Of a DNA stretch of 64,000 nucleotides, positions 55,003-64,000 are shown piece after piece. Position 1 is the first letter of the stretch. Every line of letters starts with the position of its first letter. Position numbers and translations under genes: made by a program. The stretch comes from an uncultured Actinomycetes bacterium (lineage in GTDB: Bacteria; Actinomycetota; UBA4738; CALAEC01). The notes under the pieces were generated by a model. That model worked only from the letters and a program-made list of their open reading frames with translations, was not told the DNA's origin and did not search any database. The stretch covers positions 9,130 to 73,129 of the forward strand of contig CAZKFH010000003.1 in the NCBI GenBank assembly GCA_964551945.1, read 5' to 3'.

Positions 55003-55293
55003 ATGCCAGTTGAGATCGATGTAGACCATGTCGCGAAGCTCGCGCGCCTCGCGCTGACGGACGAGGAGCGCGAGCGGTATCGCGAGCAGCTCGGCCTGAT
55101 CCTGGAGCACGCCGAGCGCGTGAGCGAGGTGGCCGCGGACGATGTCGAGCCCACCGCGCACCCGGTCCCGCAGACGAACGTATTCCGGGACGACGAGCCC
55201 GGCCAGTGCCTCACTCAGGAGGAGGCGCTCTCGAACGCGCCGGAGGCGGAGGACGGGCGCTTCAAGGTCCCGCGGATCATCGAGGCCGACTGA
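55003..55293 (+). CDS. gatC: Asp/Glu-tRNA amidotransferase subunit C
   Basis: 96 aa reading VDHVAKLARLALTDEERERYREQLGLILEHAERVSEV. Sits directly upstream of gatA. Confidence 0.9.
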   Translation: MPVEIDVDHVAKLARLALTDEERERYREQLGLILEHAERVSEVAADDVEPTAHPVPQTNVFRDDEPGQCLTQEEALSNAPEAEDGRFKVPRIIEAD

Positions 55294-55294
55294 C

Positions 55295-56803
55295 ATGGCG
55301 GGCGCAGAGGGTAACGAGCGTCCAAGGACGGAGCTCTGCGACCGTCCAGGCTCCGAGCTCATCGAGCTCCTCCGGAGCGGCGAGGCCAGCGCCCTCGAGG
55401 TCGCCGAGTCTTCGCTCGCCCGGATCGAGGCGGTCGACGACAAGACCAAGTCGTTCCTCGAGGTCACCGCGGATGCGGCCCGGGAGCAAGCTCGAGCGGT
55501 GGACGAGCGTCGCGCGAAGGGTGACGAGCTTTGGGCAGTCGCCGGCATCCCTATCGCGCTCAAGGACGTCCTCTGCACGAAGGGCATCAGGACGACCTGT
55601 GGGTCGAAGATCCTCGAGTCGTACATCCCGCCGTACGACTGCACGGCGTGGGCGCGCCTCAAGGCGGCGGGGTCGGTGCTCGTCGGAAAGACCAACTGCG
55701 ACGAGTTCGCGATGGGATCGTCGACCGAGAACTCGGCGTATCAGCTCACGCACAACCCGTGGGACCTCGAGACCGTCCCCGGCGGATCGTCGGGCGGCTC
55801 GGCGGCGGCGGTCGCCGCAGGCGAGGCCGTCTGGGCGCTCGGCACCGACACCGGCGGTTCCGTTCGTCAGCCCGCATCCTTGTGCGGGATCGTCGGCTTC
55901 AAGCCGACGTACGGCCTCGTGTCGCGCTACGGCCTGATCGCGTTCGCCTCCTCGCTCGATCACGTCTCGACGTTCAGCCGGACCGTCCGGGACAGCGCGG
56001 CGCTGCTGTCCGGGATCGCGGGCAAGGACCCGATGGACGCGACCTCGCTCCCCACCGAGCCACGCAACTACATGGAGGGCATCGAGCAGGACATCCGCGG
56101 CCTGCGCATCGGCGTCGTCCGCGACTGGTTCGGCGAGGGTGTCGAGCCCGGCGTTCGCACGGCCGTCGAGGCATCGATCGAGCGCCTCGCCGGCCTCGGA
56201 GCGGAGATCGGCGAGGTCTCGTTGCCGCACACGGAGTACGCGCTCTCCGCCTACTACCTGATCGCGCCGGCCGAGTGCTCGTCGAATCTCGCCCGCTACG
56301 ACGGAGTTCGGTATGGCCATCACGCGGCTGATCCTGCCGACGTGGTCGACCTCAACACGCGAACCAGAGGCGAGGGGTTCGGCGACGAGGTCAAGCGCAG
56401 GATCATCCTGGGGACCTACTCGTTGTCAGCCGGCTACTACGACGCGTACTACGGGCAGGCGCAGAAGGTGCGCACGCTGGTCATCAAGGACTTCCAGAAG
56501 GCGTACGAGGAGTTCGACTTGCTTCTCGGCCCGACCTCGCCGACGACCGCGTTCCGGTTCGGGGAGAAGACCGAGAACCCCCTGTCGATGTACCTCGCCG
56601 ACATCTTCACGATCCCCGCCGACCTTGCGGGCGTGCCAGCGATCTCCGTCCCGTGCGGGCTCGACGAGAAGGGGCTGCCGGTGGGGCTCCAGCTGATGGG
56701 CAAGCACCTTGACGAGTCGACCGTGCTGCGTGCCGCGCACGCGTTCGAGCAGGATCTCGGGTTCGACGCTCGCCCTCCGCTCCTGGATGAGGTGCTGGCG
56801 TGA
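55295..56803 (+). CDS. gatA: Asp/Glu-tRNA amidotransferase subunit A
   Basis: Amidase signature (GGSSGGSAAAVAAG, GTDTGGSVRQPAS) and KD...TTCGSKIL. ATG lies 2 nt after the gatC stop. Confidence 0.95.
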   Translation: MAGAEGNERPRTELCDRPGSELIELLRSGEASALEVAESSLARIEAVDDKTKSFLEVTADAAREQARAVDERRAKGDELWAVAGIPIALKDVLCTKGIRTTCGSKILESYIPPYDCTAWARLKAAGSVLVGKTNCDEFAMGSSTENSAYQLTHNPWDLETVPGGSSGGSAAAVAAGEAVWALGTDTGGSVRQPASLCGIVGFKPTYGLVSRYGLIAFASSLDHVSTFSRTVRDSAALLSGIAGKDPMDATSLPTEPRNYMEGIEQDIRGLRIGVVRDWFGEGVEPGVRTAVEASIERLAGLGAEIGEVSLPHTEYALSAYYLIAPAECSSNLARYDGVRYGHHAADPADVVDLNTRTRGEGFGDEVKRRIILGTYSLSAGYYDAYYGQAQKVRTLVIKDFQKAYEEFDLLLGPTSPTTAFRFGEKTENPLSMYLADIFTIPADLAGVPAISVPCGLDEKGLPVGLQLMGKHLDESTVLRAAHAFEQDLGFDARPPLLDEVLA

Positions 56804-58251
56804 CCGAGTACGAGCCGGTCATCGGCCTCGAATGTCACGTCGAGCTTTCGACCCGCACGAAGATGTTCTGCAGCTGCCCGAACGAGTTCGGCGCGGAGCC
56901 GAACACGCATGTCTGCCCGGTGTGCCTCGGCCATCCCGGCACGCTCCCGGTCCCGAACCGCAAGGCGATCGACTACACGATCAAGATCGGCTTGGCGCTG
57001 GACTCGACGATCGCGCCGCACTCGCTGTTCCACCGGAAGAACTACTTCTATCCGGACATGCCGAAGAACTTCCAGATCAGTCAGTACGATCTGCCGCTTT
57101 GCGGCGGGGGACACCTCGACATCGAGGTCGATGGCGAGTCGCGTCGGGTCGGGATGAACCGCGTGCACTTGGAGGAGGACACTGGCAAGACGGTGCACGC
57201 CAGCACCACCGGCCGGATCGCCGACGCCGATTACGCGCTCGAGGACTACAACCGCGCGGGCGTTCCGCTCGTGGAGGTGGTCTCGGAGCCGGACATGCGT
57301 AGCCCCGAGGAGGCTCGTGCGTACCTGACCGGTCTCCGGGCGCTGCTCGAGTCGCTCGACGTCTCCGACATGCGGATGGAGGAGGGCTCGCTGCGTTGCG
57401 ACGCGAACATCTCGATGCGGCCGGTGGGTCAGGAGGAGTACGGGACGAAGGTCGAGGTCAAGAACATGAACTCGATCCGCAGCGTGGAGCGCGCCCTGCA
57501 CTACGAGATCGACCGCCAGCGCGCGGCGCTCGAGGCGGGGGAGCCCCTGACGCAGGAGACCCGGCACTGGGACGAGAACAAGGGCGAGACGAAGACCCTC
57601 CGCTCGAAGGAGGAGGCGTTCGACTACCGGTACTTCCCCGAGCCAGACCTTCCACCGGTCGCGCCCGATGAGGAGTGGATCGAGAGGCTGCGTGCGGAGC
57701 TGCCGGAGCTTCCGGCAGCGCGCCTGCAGCGGTTCGTCAAGGAGTTCAGCCTGGAGCCCGCCACCGCGGGAATCGTCGGCAGCTCCAGCGAGTCCGCCGC
57801 CTACTTCGAGGAGGCCGTGTCGCTGGGTGCCGAGGCTCGAGCGGCAGCGAATTGGATAGCTGGGGATCTGGCCGCGCTGCTCCGGGAGCACGAGACCAAG
57901 CTTCGCGACTCACGCGTCACCCCCCAGCACATCACCGACATCTCACGGCTGGTCGCCGACGGAGCTATTTCCACCGCGGGCGCGAAGGCGGTTCTTGTGG
58001 AAGCGTTTGCCTCCGGCGGGGCAGCGGAGGCCATCGTCAAGGAGAAGGGCCTCGCCCAGATCTCCGACGAGTCCGCGATCCTCGCCTTCGTCGACGAGGT
58101 GATCGCCGAGAACCCTGGGCCCGTCGAGCAGTTCCGCGGCGGCAAGGAAGGCGCGATCGGTTTCCTCGTGGGGCAACTGATGAAGAAGTCGAAGGGCGCT
58201 GCCAACCCCCAGGAAGCCCAGCGCCTCCTCCGCCAGCGACTGAACGTCTAG
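56800..58251 (+). CDS. gatB: Asp/Glu-tRNA amidotransferase subunit B
   Basis: GLECHVEL, VCPVCLGHPGTLPV, RKNYFYPD, NRAGVPLVEVVSEPD, and a C-terminal YqeY-like tail. GTGA overlap with gatA. Confidence 0.95.
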   Translation: MTEYEPVIGLECHVELSTRTKMFCSCPNEFGAEPNTHVCPVCLGHPGTLPVPNRKAIDYTIKIGLALDSTIAPHSLFHRKNYFYPDMPKNFQISQYDLPLCGGGHLDIEVDGESRRVGMNRVHLEEDTGKTVHASTTGRIADADYALEDYNRAGVPLVEVVSEPDMRSPEEARAYLTGLRALLESLDVSDMRMEEGSLRCDANISMRPVGQEEYGTKVEVKNMNSIRSVERALHYEIDRQRAALEAGEPLTQETRHWDENKGETKTLRSKEEAFDYRYFPEPDLPPVAPDEEWIERLRAELPELPAARLQRFVKEFSLEPATAGIVGSSSESAAYFEEAVSLGAEARAAANWIAGDLAALLREHETKLRDSRVTPQHITDISRLVADGAISTAGAKAVLVEAFASGGAAEAIVKEKGLAQISDESAILAFVDEVIAENPGPVEQFRGGKEGAIGFLVGQLMKKSKGAANPQEAQRLLRQRLNV

Positions 58252-58500
58252 CTAGATGATGTCGTCGGGTGGGGGGCGGTTCATTCGACGCGGCGCGCGG
58301 GGCGTCTGCGGCGAGCCCATGACCAGGTAGATGATCGGACCGATAAAGGGCTGCGCAAAGAGGATCACCAGGACCCAGATCAGCTTGTTACCCGCCCGAT
58401 ACATCGAGTCATCCGGAACACGGATCGCATCGACGAGCGCGTAGATCAAGAGCACGATCGCGGCGATCGGGAGGACGACTCGGATCAGGAGTGCGGTCAT
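58252..58500 (-). CDS. PLDc_N-type small membrane protein
   Basis: 82 aa with 2 TM helices and the cardiolipin-synthase-N-terminal-like motif (KLIWVLVILFAQPFIGPIIYLVMG). ATGA overlap with the SDR gene. Confidence 0.7.
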   Translation of the reverse strand: MTALLIRVVLPIAAIVLLIYALVDAIRVPDDSMYRAGNKLIWVLVILFAQPFIGPIIYLVMGSPQTPRAPRRMNRPPPDDII

Positions 58501-59324
58501 GACTTCCTGCGCTTGGCGAGCTCGCGGCGGGCGGTCTCTTCCTGGGGCCGGTACCCCCCTGTTCGGCGGGCGATCGCGTCGACCAGCCGCGGCGAGATGG
58601 CGAACGCCACGTCCGCGATCCTGGCCATGCCTTTCGCGACGATGATGTCGGGCACGTCCTTCTCGATCGAGCGGACGACCGCGTGGGCCACGTCTGTCGG
58701 AGTTCCCCAGGCTCCGGATTTCTTGGGGGGCTCCATGCCGCGTTCCTCCGCGAACATGCCGGCTTCGGTGATGTAGCCGGGGCAGATCACCGAGGCGCTG
58801 ACGCCCGACCCCTTCAGCTCGTTCCGGAGCGCGGCGGAGAACCCCACCAGGCCATGCTTCGTCGAGGCGTAGATCGTGTGGTACGGCGGACCGGTCATCC
58901 CCGAGAGCGACGAGATGTTCACGATGTGGCCACGGCCGCGCTCGAGCATCCCGGGGATCACCAGGCGCGTGAGCAGGATCGGCGCCTCGAGGTTGACCGC
59001 GATGACGCGCTGGATCTCGTCGTCTCGGAACTCCTCGAACGGCAGCACCGATTCGATCCCCGCGTTGTTGACCAGGATGTCGATGGGCCCAAACGCCTCC
59101 TCCGCGGTGGCGACCATCTGCTTTCGGTCGGCCTCGACGCTGACGTCGCCCGGAGCGATCGCGACCTTGTCCGCGCCGAGCTCATCGCGAACCTTCAACA
59201 GGTCCGCTTCCGACCGAGCGGTGAGCGTGGCGTGTGCACCACGACTGAGAAGGGCGCGAGCCATGAACGGCCCGATCCCTCGCGAGCCTCCGGTCAGCAG
59301 GACATGGGCGCCGCGGATCTCCAT
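58497..59324 (-). CDS. Short-chain dehydrogenase/reductase (SDR)
   Basis: TGGSRGIG cofactor motif, NNAG, and catalytic YASTKH (YxxxK). Confidence 0.9.
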   Translation of the reverse strand: MEIRGAHVLLTGGSRGIGPFMARALLSRGAHATLTARSEADLLKVRDELGADKVAIAPGDVSVEADRKQMVATAEEAFGPIDILVNNAGIESVLPFEEFRDDEIQRVIAVNLEAPILLTRLVIPGMLERGRGHIVNISSLSGMTGPPYHTIYASTKHGLVGFSAALRNELKGSGVSASVICPGYITEAGMFAEERGMEPPKKSGAWGTPTDVAHAVVRSIEKDVPDIIVAKGMARIADVAFAISPRLVDAIARRTGGYRPQEETARRELAKRRKS

Positions 59325-59358
59325 CGTGCGTTCCTTTCGTGCGGGCGGCGAGTCTACC

Positions 59359-59388
59359 TTGACCTTCCGAAGCGGCGGCGAGCATACT
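59359..59388 (+). promoter_or_regulatory. Putative promoter of the TrpB2-like gene
   Basis: TTGACC (59359..59364), an 18-nt spacer, CATACT (59383..59388). It lies about 28 nt upstream of the ATG, with GAAGGAGG in between. Confidence 0.35.
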
Positions 59389-59416
59389 CGGGCACCCGAG
59401 CGAAGGAGGCTTCCCC

Positions 59417-60793
59417 ATGTCCGAGCGGACCGTCTTCAGCCTCGCCGAGAAGGACATCCCGAGCGCCTGGCACAACATCATGCCGGACATCGCCGGCGCG
59501 GGGCTCCAGCCGATGCCGCCGCTGCACCCCGGAACGAAGGAGCCCGTGACGCCGGATCTGCTCGCGCCACTGTTCCCGATGGCACTGATCGAGCAGGAAG
59601 TCTCGACCGAGCCTCAGATCGATATCCCCGGTCCCATCATCGATGTCTACCGCCTGTGGCGTCCCACGCCGATGTACCGGGCGCACCGGTTGGAGAAGGC
59701 GCTCGAAACTCCCGCCCACATCTACTTCAAGTACGAGGGCGTTTCGCCCGCGGGCTCGCACAAGCCGAACACCGCGATCGCGCAGGCGTACTACAACAAG
59801 GAAGCCGGCACGAAGCAGATCACGACGGAGACCGGCGCCGGCCAGTGGGGCTCTGCCCTGTCGATGGCCACGAAGTTCTTCGACCTCGAGTGCCTGGTCT
59901 TCATGGTCAAGGCCTCCTACGAGCAGAAGCCCTACCGCAGGATCTTCATGGAGACGTTCGGCGCCGAGGTTCGTCCGTCACCGAGCTCCACCACCGAGGC
60001 CGGCAAGAAGATCCTGGAGCAGGATCCCGACTCGACGGGCTCCCTCGGGATCGCGATCAGCGAGGCGATCGAGGCGGCGGTGCAGGACGAGAGCACGAAG
60101 TACTCGCTCGGGAGCGTGCTGAACCACGTCCTTCTGCACCAGACGGTGATCGGTCTGGAGGCCGTGGAGCAGATGAAGCAAGCCGGTGAGGATCCCGATG
60201 TCGTGATCGGGTGCGTCGGCGGCGGCTCGAACTACGCCGGCCTCGCGTATCCCTTCATGTCGGAGCGACTGAAAGGCAAGACACAGACGCGCTTCGTCGC
60301 GTGCGAGCCGGCCGCGTGTCCGACGCTCACGAAAGGGCAGTTCGCATACGACTTCGCCGATACCGGCCAGATGACCCCGCTTCTGCCCATGTACACGCTC
60401 GGTCACACGTTCGTGCCGGCGCCGGTGCACGCCGGAGGACTTCGATACCACGGCGACTCACCGTCGCTCTCGCTGCTCGTCAAGGAAGGGCACATGGAGG
60501 CGAAGGCCTTCACACAGAACCAGATCTTCGAGGCCGCGCAGCAGTTCGCGCACGCCCAGGGGATCATCCCGGCGCCCGAGGCGGCACACGCGATCCGCGC
60601 GGTGATCGACGAGGCCGAGGAGGCGAAGCAGGCTGGCGAGGCGCGCGTGATCCTGTTCGGGCTCTCCGGGCACGGGTTCTTCGACATGTCGGCGTACGAC
60701 GACTACCTGAACGACCGCCTGCCCGAGGTCGAGTACGAGGACGCGAGTCTCGAGGCAGGGCTGAAGAGCGTCGTCATGGAGGTCCCCTCCTAG
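59417..60793 (+). CDS. TrpB2-type tryptophan synthase beta-like PLP enzyme
   Basis: 458 aa with the long TrpB2 N-terminus ([11 protein letters not shown]...[16 protein letters not shown]), PLP lysine block [15 protein letters not shown], and [11 protein letters not shown]. Confidence 0.9.
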   Translation: MSERTVFSLAEKDIPSAWHNIMPDIAGAGLQPMPPLHPGTKEPVTPDLLAPLFPMALIEQEVSTEPQIDIPGPIIDVYRLWRPTPMYRAHRLEKALETPAHIYFKYEGVSPAGSHKPNTAIAQAYYNKEAGTKQITTETGAGQWGSALSMATKFFDLECLVFMVKASYEQKPYRRIFMETFGAEVRPSPSSTTEAGKKILEQDPDSTGSLGIAISEAIEAAVQDESTKYSLGSVLNHVLLHQTVIGLEAVEQMKQAGEDPDVVIGCVGGGSNYAGLAYPFMSERLKGKTQTRFVACEPAACPTLTKGQFAYDFADTGQMTPLLPMYTLGHTFVPAPVHAGGLRYHGDSPSLSLLVKEGHMEAKAFTQNQIFEAAQQFAHAQGIIPAPEAAHAIRAVIDEAEEAKQAGEARVILFGLSGHGFFDMSAYDDYLNDRLPEVEYEDASLEAGLKSVVMEVPS

Positions 60794-60816
60794 GGAAAAC
60801 CGAGCCTCACTGCTTT

Positions 60817-61962
60817 TCAGCCGGCGCGCGTGAGGCGCTTTCCGCGCGAGCGCTGGATCGCTCGAGCGATCCGGTTCGCCTCGATGCCGACCTCGCGCAG
60901 GTAACCGCTGATCGGGTTCGCGAAGCCGATGAAGTACATGCCGGGGGCGTTCGGATGTGTGACGTGTCCGCGAACGACCGGGCGGCCGTGCTTGCCGAGG
61001 AGACCGAGGTGGCCAACGACATCCTCGAGCCCGCGATCGAATCCGGTCGCGGCGATCACCGCCTCGGGACGTAAGCGCTGGCCGCCAAAGAGGATCACCT
61101 CGTCGCCTTCGAGTGCGGTCACAGCCGAAACGACCCGCACCCTGCCTTCCTTCACGAGGTCTACCAGGCCCACGTCGAGGATCGGAACCACGTCGTCCTC
61201 GTTGAGACGCGTGTAGAGCCCCCGCGGGGGAGCCGGAAGGCCGTACGGGGCGAGGTCGCCGATAGACAACCGGCGCATCCCACGGGCGAGCGTGTCGACG
61301 ACCCTCGGCGGGAGGTGGCGCATGAGGACGCCGGTGACCTGGCTCGGGAACCCTCCGATGTCTCGCCGCATGATGTTCGGTGGCGTCCTGACGGAGATCG
61401 CAACGTCGTGAGACCCGCCCTCGACCAGGTCGACCGCTATCTCCGCGCCGGAGTTGCCCGTCCCGACGACAAGGACATCGCGGCCCGCGTACGGCTCGGG
61501 ATTGCGATAGTCGCTGGAGTGCACCAGCTCACCGGAAAAGGCTTTGATGCCCGGCCAGTCCGGTATCCGCGGTCTTCGGTTGTATCCGGTGGCGACCACG
61601 ACGTTCGAGGCCGAGATCTGCCCGTCGTCGGTGAACGCCGACCATGAGTCCCCGCTGCGCTCGATCCGCTTGACCTCGACACCGAAACGGATGGCGAGTG
61701 CGTGCTGCCTCGCGTAGGCCTGCAGGTAGCGAACCATTCCGTCACGTGGAACCCACTTGCCCTCGCGCTTGGGGATCGGCATCCCGGGCAGGGCCGAGAG
61801 CCAGCGAACGGTGTGCAGATGCAGGCGGTCGTAGTGTCCTCGCCAGCTGTTGCCCACGTTGTCAGCCGCGTCGAGGAGCAGCGGCTCGATCCCTCGCTTC
61901 TTGAGCGTCGCTCCGGCGGCAAGACCTGCCGGGCCGGCCCCGATGACGAGCACTTCAGGCAT
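60817..61962 (-). CDS. Flavin-containing monooxygenase-like FAD/NAD(P)-binding oxidoreductase
   Basis: GXGXXG at the N-terminus (VLVIGAGPAGLAAG), a second dinucleotide motif (VLVVGTGNSGAEIA), and ATGF near the C-terminus. Confidence 0.85.
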   Translation of the reverse strand: MPEVLVIGAGPAGLAAGATLKKRGIEPLLLDAADNVGNSWRGHYDRLHLHTVRWLSALPGMPIPKREGKWVPRDGMVRYLQAYARQHALAIRFGVEVKRIERSGDSWSAFTDDGQISASNVVVATGYNRRPRIPDWPGIKAFSGELVHSSDYRNPEPYAGRDVLVVGTGNSGAEIAVDLVEGGSHDVAISVRTPPNIMRRDIGGFPSQVTGVLMRHLPPRVVDTLARGMRRLSIGDLAPYGLPAPPRGLYTRLNEDDVVPILDVGLVDLVKEGRVRVVSAVTALEGDEVILFGGQRLRPEAVIAATGFDRGLEDVVGHLGLLGKHGRPVVRGHVTHPNAPGMYFIGFANPISGYLREVGIEANRIARAIQRSRGKRLTRAG

Positions 61963-62037
61963 CGGAATAGGAGCCTAGCGGCTGGGGCTGCTACACGTTG
62001 TAGGCGAAAACCAGATGCGAAAGGACGCGGGCCGACC

Positions 62038-62682
62038 TCATGCCGGGAGATGCCAGCGCACCGAGCCGATCGTGATGGTGCGGTCGCCACGTCGATACTC
62101 GCCCCGGTACTGTCCTCGGTAGAACCCGGCTGGATCTTCCAGGCCATCGGCTCCAAGGGTCCGGCCAAACATGGTTCCCTCAACGCTCGCCTGGCGGGAG
62201 ATGCCGAAACCTCGCGTCTCGAACTCCTCGTGCTTGCCGTTGCTGCTCGAGGAGCTGCCGAACGTTCCGGTTGATCGAGGGAACGGGATCCCTTCCGCGG
62301 TCCAGATCATGCTCACGCGCTCGTCCCGCTTGCCGAGTGACAGGCTTGCCCCCGACCAGTCGGACGCCACCTGGAGCTGACCAGGCTTCAGCTCGAAGAA
62401 TCCGCCCTGCTTCCCCTGGCAGCTCGTGGAGTTCCCTTCCACCCGGCACGGCCCACGCATCACGATCGCGATCGAGAAGGCGTCGGGGCCCTGCGAGGGT
62501 TCCTGGTCGATCGCAAAGACCATGTACCCCGTGTAGGTCCCCGGCTTGGCCTTGGGGAACATCCAGGTGGCGTCAGCCGACATCTCGTTGCCGGCCATCT
62601 CCTCCTCGTCGGCTGCGCCGGCGGGCGAGGTGAGGCTGAGAGCGAGGGCGAGGGCGATTGAGAGAGTGCGAGCCTGGTGCAT
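62038..62682 (-). CDS. Secreted hypothetical protein
   Basis: Signal peptide MHQARTLSIALALALSLTSPAGA followed by a 190-aa beta-rich domain. No family recognised. Confidence 0.55.
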   Translation of the reverse strand: MHQARTLSIALALALSLTSPAGAADEEEMAGNEMSADATWMFPKAKPGTYTGYMVFAIDQEPSQGPDAFSIAIVMRGPCRVEGNSTSCQGKQGGFFELKPGQLQVASDWSGASLSLGKRDERVSMIWTAEGIPFPRSTGTFGSSSSSNGKHEEFETRGFGISRQASVEGTMFGRTLGADGLEDPAGFYRGQYRGEYRRGDRTITIGSVRWHLPA

Positions 62683-62770
62683 CAGGAGAGGTCTTCGCGC
62701 TTGGAGCCGGGACCTCCTTTGTGCGTCTGCATAGCCTCTGAGGGACGCGTCGCTCGGCTATCGTTAGCGC

Positions 62771-63955
62771 GTGAGCAAGGAAGGACGGCCGGTGCTGGAT
62801 CCACTCGATCCGCTTGCCCTCGATCACCTCCTGTCCGACGAGGAGCGCGACATCCGGGACACGGTGCGCCGCTGGGTCGGGAGCCGCGTGATGCCGGAGA
62901 TCCAAGAGTGGTTCGAGACCGGCGAGCTTCCCTCGCGCGAGCTCGCGCGAGAGGTCGGTGAGCTGGGATTCCTCGGGATGCACCTTGAGGGCTACGGCAC
63001 GGCCGGAGCGACGGCGGTGATGTACGGCCTGGCGATCATGGAGCTCGAGGCCGGCGACAGCGGCATCCGCTCGCTCGTCTCGGTCCAGGGCTCTCTGTGC
63101 ATGTTCCCGATCTGGAAGTTCGGCTCCGAGGAGCAGAAGGAGCGCTGGCTCCCGGGCATGGCGCGCGGCGAGCTGATCGGTTGCTTCGGGCTCACCGAGC
63201 CGGACCAGGGGAGCGACCCGTCGAACATGCGCACCTCTGCGAAGCAGGACGGAGACGACTGGATCCTCAACGGCACGAAGATGTGGATCACGAATGGCGG
63301 GATCGCGGACGTGGCGATCGTGTGGGCGCAGACCGACGACGGCATCAGGGGGTTCCTGGTCCCGACCGATACCGACGGGTTCTCGACGCGTGACATCCAC
63401 CGCAAGCTGTCCCTCCGCGCCTCGGTGACGAGCGAGCTGATCCTCGACCACGTCCGCGTTCCTGCCGACGCGATGCTCCCCGACGTGAAGGGCATGAAGG
63501 GCCCGCTGTCCTGCCTCAACGAGGCGCGGTACGGGATCAGCTGGGGCGTCATGGGCGCGGCGCGCTCCTGCTACGAGACGGCCCTCGAGTACTCGAAGAC
63601 CCGCGAGCAGTTCGGCAGACCGATCGGCGGGTTCCAGCTCACGCAGCAGAAGCTCGTCAACATGATGCTCGAGCTCTCTAAGGGCCAGCTCCTCGCGCTG
63701 CACCTCGGCCGGATGAAGGATCAGGGCCGTGCGGCGCCGAACCACGTCAGCATCGCGAAGCTCAACAACGTTCGGGAGGCGATCAAGATCGCTCGCGAGG
63801 CCCGAACGATCCTCGGTGCCAACGGGATCACGCTCGAGTACCCGGTGATCCGGCACATGAACAACCTCGAGTCGGTGCTGACCTACGAAGGCACGAGCGA
63901 GATCCATATCCTGATACTCGGCGAGGCCCTCACAGGCCTTCGCGCGTACACCTGA
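62771..63955 (+). CDS. gcdH: Acyl-CoA dehydrogenase, glutaryl-CoA dehydrogenase-like
   Basis: GCFGLTEPDQGSDPSNM, MWITNG, LNEARYGISWG, GANGITLEYPVIRHMNNLESVLTYEGTSEIH. This is the GCDH-type C-terminal block. Confidence 0.85.
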   Translation: MSKEGRPVLDPLDPLALDHLLSDEERDIRDTVRRWVGSRVMPEIQEWFETGELPSRELAREVGELGFLGMHLEGYGTAGATAVMYGLAIMELEAGDSGIRSLVSVQGSLCMFPIWKFGSEEQKERWLPGMARGELIGCFGLTEPDQGSDPSNMRTSAKQDGDDWILNGTKMWITNGGIADVAIVWAQTDDGIRGFLVPTDTDGFSTRDIHRKLSLRASVTSELILDHVRVPADAMLPDVKGMKGPLSCLNEARYGISWGVMGAARSCYETALEYSKTREQFGRPIGGFQLTQQKLVNMMLELSKGQLLALHLGRMKDQGRAAPNHVSIAKLNNVREAIKIAREARTILGANGITLEYPVIRHMNNLESVLTYEGTSEIHILILGEALTGLRAYT

Positions 63956-64000
63956 GCACGTGGGTCCGTTCCGCGGCTCGGTCCCGCTCACGGAGGACTG

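Noticed and set aside
62573-63991. 472-aa minus-strand ORF
   Set aside because: It lies antisense to the glutaryl-CoA dehydrogenase-like gene. It has an Arg/Leu/Glu/Asp-biased composition and no recognisable domain.

Overview
All calls below come from reading the sequence and the ORF track by eye; no HMM, BLAST or folding was run. The window is GC-rich and gene-dense, with about 66 protein-coding genes. I saw no rRNA, tRNA, CRISPR array, transposase or integrase. Gene content and order look Actinomycetota-like: an F1Fo ATP synthase operon (atpB fragment to atpC), murA, a PimB-like glycosyltransferase, and the etfBA - mnmA - ligA - gatCAB order. Many genes use GTG or TTG starts, many overlap by 4 nt at stop/start, and several look leaderless. 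Housekeeping blocks are interrupted by accessory regions. (1) Three tandem secreted LVIVD-repeat beta-propeller paralogs lie at 5820-11576. Each has its own promoter and hairpin terminator. Two of them share a roughly 83-nt AT-rich promoter plus structured-leader module. (2) A five-gene heptose-phosphate, glycosyltransferase and membrane-ectoenzyme operon lies at 13007-18303 and lacks a nucleotidyltransferase. (3) An extracytoplasmic copper/redox island lies at 19894-28654. It holds a small cupredoxin, a fourth LVIVD paralog, a GSDH-like propeller fused to a degenerate cupredoxin, an S8 peptidase, a CopC-CopD fusion, a YcnI-like protein and a 4-TM protein. An 11-bp perfect inverted repeat sits in its central divergent promoter. 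(4) MeaB and a split methylmalonyl-CoA mutase catalytic subunit lie next to a His-rich NiCoT transporter. That transporter is preceded by TTGCAA repeats resembling a Nur box and followed by a Fur-family regulator. My best candidate for an undescribed system is the LVIVD family with His-rich mature N-termini, together with its conserved leader and its link to the copper island. Smaller observations include a truncated ATP synthase epsilon subunit paired with an extended alpha subunit. Two CTGA stop/start junctions imply CTG initiation. A 274-bp intergenic region holds an orphan hairpin and C-rich direct repeats. A 54-aa ORF is missing from the track.
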